Below are positions 21,558 to 24,000 of a stretch of DNA of 24,000 nucleotides, piece by piece; position 1 is the first letter of the stretch; the number at the start of each line of letters is the position of its first letter. The stretch spans positions 42,837-66,836 of the forward strand of contig CAYOZO010000005.1 in the NCBI GenBank assembly GCA_964408405.1, read 5' to 3'. This DNA comes from an uncultured Turneriella sp. (GTDB taxonomy: Bacteria; Spirochaetota; Leptospiria; Turneriellales; Turneriellaceae). The notes below the pieces were generated by a model. The model was not told the DNA's origin. It made no database searches and saw only the letters and a program-made list of their open reading frames with translations. Position numbers and translations under genes: made by a program.

Positions 21558-23339
21558 TCACAGCATGCGCCGGGCCCAGTGCTTGACCTCGCGCGCCGCG
21601 CGCGAGAGCGTGCTGTAGAAGAGCGCCGCATCGGGCTCCTCGCCCTGCTCGGTGATCTTGAGAATCAACGCCTGCGCGTTGAGGCCCGCAATTTCGCGTG
21701 CAATGCCGGTTGCCTTCAGCATGGCATCATTTGCATTCAGCTGTTGGATTGTCTGCGGCTCGGGCTTCTTCTGCCGTGAGAGCGCGGCATTTTCTTTGGT
21801 GATGCGGTACACATCGCTGAGGCCAATGATTAGCTTTTCTGCGCGCGCAAGGAGATCGGTTTCGGTTAGTACTTCCTGCCACTCACACGTCGCGCTCTCT
21901 TTGCCCAGGCCTTCGACCGCTTCAGTCAGCGAAAGGTGCTCGTAACCGCGCAGGTAGGCGCCGTCGTGTGTCGCGTTGATCAGCCGCACACGGCTCTTGT
22001 CGGTGTCCGCCGCGCGCGCCTCGAACCACTCGTGAAAGATACGCAGTTTGCCGTTGGTGCGCACCTGTGGCTGTCGAATGCCCTTCTGCCACAGCACGGG
22101 CATTGCCTTCATTTGCCGCAGGTTGTGCTGCTCCATGGTATAAAGTCGGTTCGCACGGTTGAATACCGCAGCCTCGAGTACAGCTCCCCGGCAATGCGCC
22201 TGCTTGTCGCTGAAAGAGAGGTCCTGCCCGACAAGAATAAGCCGACCCGGATCCTTCTGCCGTGCAGAGAGCCAGCGCACCGCGATGTCGAAGGCATTGG
22301 TCGAAACCGAACCACCGTGCGCGACATCGCCGCGGTCGCTGCTGCGAAAGATGCCGTCGGCGGCAAAGACGTTGTTCCAGAATGCAGTCTTTGCACCCAG
22401 CTGCTTAAGCCGGTGCGGTATCGCCGGGCAGACGACCGGGTCCATCAGCCAGCGAGAACGCGCCGCGTCGGGTGATTCGGCGAAGTGGTGGTTCAGCCAC
22501 TGCGGATCGGCCGCGAGCACCACGTCAGGAAAGATACCGGCTTTATTCAGCGGCACAAGCGCAGTGTCGGCAGCGAAGAGCAGAAAGCGCTCGCGGTGTT
22601 CTCTCAATTCAGCAAACGAAGACGACAGCGAAGGCCCTGCCCCCGCAAGCACGATCGCAGCCGGCGGGGGGAGCTTCAACAGATCATGGAGCGTTGCCGA
22701 GGCGCAGATCACGCGCTGGTTCAGAAAGATGTTCTTGTTCCACAGCTGCTGGAACTTCACAATCGTCGCCTGGTTGACGCTGCGCTTTTCAAACAGCGCC
22801 ACCACGCGCTCGTAAGCCCGGGTATAAAGGGCCTTGTTGGCTGCAAGAGATGCTGCGTGACAGTAAATATGAGTCTTTTTTAGATTTTTGCCCTGTAGCC
22901 AGGGCAGTACTTCTTCGAGCGCTTCTGCGCGCGCCAAATCGTCAGCAAAAAGCGTTATCGTGCCAGCAAAGTCTTCGTAGCGCTGCGCGAGCAAAAAGGC
23001 TGCGGCAACAAATGCCGACGGCTCAATCAATAGTACCGAGCGGACGGTTTCGGGCAACGCGCCGAGCAGCCAGCCCGCGCCGCACGAGACCGCAACGACT
23101 GCATTGGCCCCTGCAAGCGCTTGCGCCGCACGGTCGGCCTCACGCTTTGGGTCGCGCTCGGAATGCAGCAGGCGACCGTTAAGCAACCAGGTGCCGCTTG
23201 CGACACCCGCAGCAAGCGCCGTCCGTTCGTCTTCGCTGAGCTTTTCCCAAAGCGCATCGGCGCTGAAGTTGCCGAGCGCGTGGTGCTTTTTTAAGAAATC
23301 TACCGTTGCTCCAGTGAGCAGGTGGCGCAGATCGGCCAT
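21558..23339 (-). CDS. motility-accessory-factor (Maf)-like / DUF115 (MptE-like) family protein, putative glycosyltransferase
   Basis: Central region AAIVLAGAGPSLSS...FAADTAL...P.DVVLAADPQ and LILVGQDLSFSDKQAHCRG resemble the Maf/DUF115 core. Start set to the ATG at 23339 (MADLRHLL), 1 nt after the serB stop. The tracker's 46-aa extension overlaps serB. Confidence 0.7.
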   Translation of the reverse strand: MADLRHLLTGATVDFLKKHHALGNFSADALWEKLSEDERTALAAGVASGTWLLNGRLLHSERDPKREADRAAQALAGANAVVAVSCGAGWLLGALPETVRSVLLIEPSAFVAAAFLLAQRYEDFAGTITLFADDLARAEALEEVLPWLQGKNLKKTHIYCHAASLAANKALYTRAYERVVALFEKRSVNQATIVKFQQLWNKNIFLNQRVICASATLHDLLKLPPPAAIVLAGAGPSLSSSFAELREHRERFLLFAADTALVPLNKAGIFPDVVLAADPQWLNHHFAESPDAARSRWLMDPVVCPAIPHRLKQLGAKTAFWNNVFAADGIFRSSDRGDVAHGGSVSTNAFDIAVRWLSARQKDPGRLILVGQDLSFSDKQAHCRGAVLEAAVFNRANRLYTMEQHNLRQMKAMPVLWQKGIRQPQVRTNGKLRIFHEWFEARAADTDKSRVRLINATHDGAYLRGYEHLSLTEAVEGLGKESATCEWQEVLTETDLLARAEKLIIGLSDVYRITKENAALSRQKKPEPQTIQQLNANDAMLKATGIAREIAGLNAQALILKITEQGEEPDAALFYSTLSRAAREVKHWARRML

Positions 23340-23340
23340 A

Positions 23341-23967
23341 TCAAAAGACCAGTTCAGCAACGAGACGCAGGTCGCGCTCAAAAATTGCAGCAGAGCTCGC
23401 TTCAACGAGCGCAGGTTTGGCGCAGAAGGCAATACCCATTCCCGAAAGCGTGAGCATATCCATATCGTTGGCGCCATCGCCTACTGCGACGGTATTCGTC
23501 AGGGGGATTGCGTAATTTGCCGCGATTTGCTGCAGCAGTTCGGCCTTGCGCTGCCGGTTCACAATCGGCCCAAGCGTTCTGCCGGAGAGGTGGCCATCCA
23601 CAATTTCGAGCTCATTGGCGTAATGACCGGTCATACCGAGCTTTTCAGAAATTGCCCCGGTAAAAAAGGTAAATCCTCCTGACAACAGGTAGGTGTGCAC
23701 ACCGCGCGATTTGGCCGCAGCGATCAGGTCTGCCGCGCCATTCGTGAGCGTGATTTTCGTGCGCAGTACTGCATCGAGAGTATGTTCGGGTAAACCCTTG
23801 AGCAGCTGCACACGCTCGGCAAGCGCTGTATTGAAGTCGAGTTCGCCGCGCATCGCGCGTTCGGTGATCGCCGCCACGTGCGCTTTGTAACCGGCATAAC
23901 CGGCAATCTCATCGATCACTTCTTCGTTGATAAACGTAGAATCGGTATCAAAGACCAGAAGACGCAC
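23341..23967 (-). CDS. serB: phosphoserine phosphatase (HAD superfamily, SerB-type)
   Basis: HAD motifs: LLVFDTDSTFINEEVIDE (DxDST), SGGF, and GDGANDMDML. The tracker start is a GTG at 23967, but the frame stays open to nt 24000. The gene may therefore extend beyond the window and carry an N-terminal extension. Confidence 0.8.
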   Translation of the reverse strand: MRLLVFDTDSTFINEEVIDEIAGYAGYKAHVAAITERAMRGELDFNTALAERVQLLKGLPEHTLDAVLRTKITLTNGAADLIAAAKSRGVHTYLLSGGFTFFTGAISEKLGMTGHYANELEIVDGHLSGRTLGPIVNRQRKAELLQQIAANYAIPLTNTVAVGDGANDMDMLTLSGMGIAFCAKPALVEASSAAIFERDLRLVAELVF

Positions 23968-24000
23968 AGGCCTGAGCGTTGCGGGGCGCAGTGCCCAGGC

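Noticed and set aside
23340-23477. 46-aa N-terminal extension of the Maf-like ORF
   Set aside because: It overlaps the 3' end of serB. The internal ATG at 23339 sits 1 nt after the serB stop, which fits translational coupling.
20742-23682. Many long plus-strand ORFs (e.g. 20885-21367, 21936-22475, 22159-22815, 22485-22883, 23104-23682) that look like genes by length
   Set aside because: They lie antisense to minus-strand genes with clear family motifs (PEGA OMP, Maf-like, SerB). Their translations are Arg/Ser/Ala/Pro-rich low-complexity sequence, typical of spurious ORFs in GC-rich coding DNA.

Overview
Bacterial chromosomal window with about 27 protein-coding genes, one decayed IS66-family element and a family of structured intergenic palindromic repeats. 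I found no rRNA, tRNA or CRISPR array. Spot counts suggest about 45-50% GC left of ~19.3 kb and a visibly higher GC content to the right. The many class III cyclases and the loose lipoboxes (LANC, SGAC, LSC, LAGC) resemble Leptospiraceae-type spirochaetes, but that is only a weak guess. Left to right on the + strand unless noted: a 5'-partial CRTAC1/FG-GAP protein, a membrane protein, and an alpha/beta-hydrolase::OsmC fusion. Next come two c-type cytochromes, a terminator, then an FAD oxidoreductase and a membrane polyferredoxin. These are followed by a lipoprotein (-) and two convergent membrane adenylate/guanylate cyclases, the second preceded by an NrtS-like small membrane gene. A nine-gene, translationally coupled operon spans 11147-17369: CoaB, PF13444-type GNAT N-acyltransferase, DinB, NRDE, DedA::ATP-grasp fusion, lipoprotein hydrolase, ECF sigma, RsrA-like soluble ZAS anti-sigma, glutaredoxin. 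After it lie a beta-barrel-like gene whose signal-peptide region is cut off by an in-frame TAA, and an internally deleted IS66 remnant with recognisable terminal inverted repeats. A GC-richer minus-strand operon closes the window: serB, Maf/DUF115-like, CsgG-like::PEGA::beta-barrel OMP, lipoprotein. No known defence system is recognisable. The best candidates for something undescribed are the GNAT-DinB-NRDE-DedA::ATP-grasp-hydrolase cassette with its thiol-redox bracket, and the nested-palindrome repeat family (copies near 3.04, 7.8, 17.95 and 19.28 kb), two members of which flank the IS66 remnant. All functional calls rest on motif recognition by eye, and no database search was possible.
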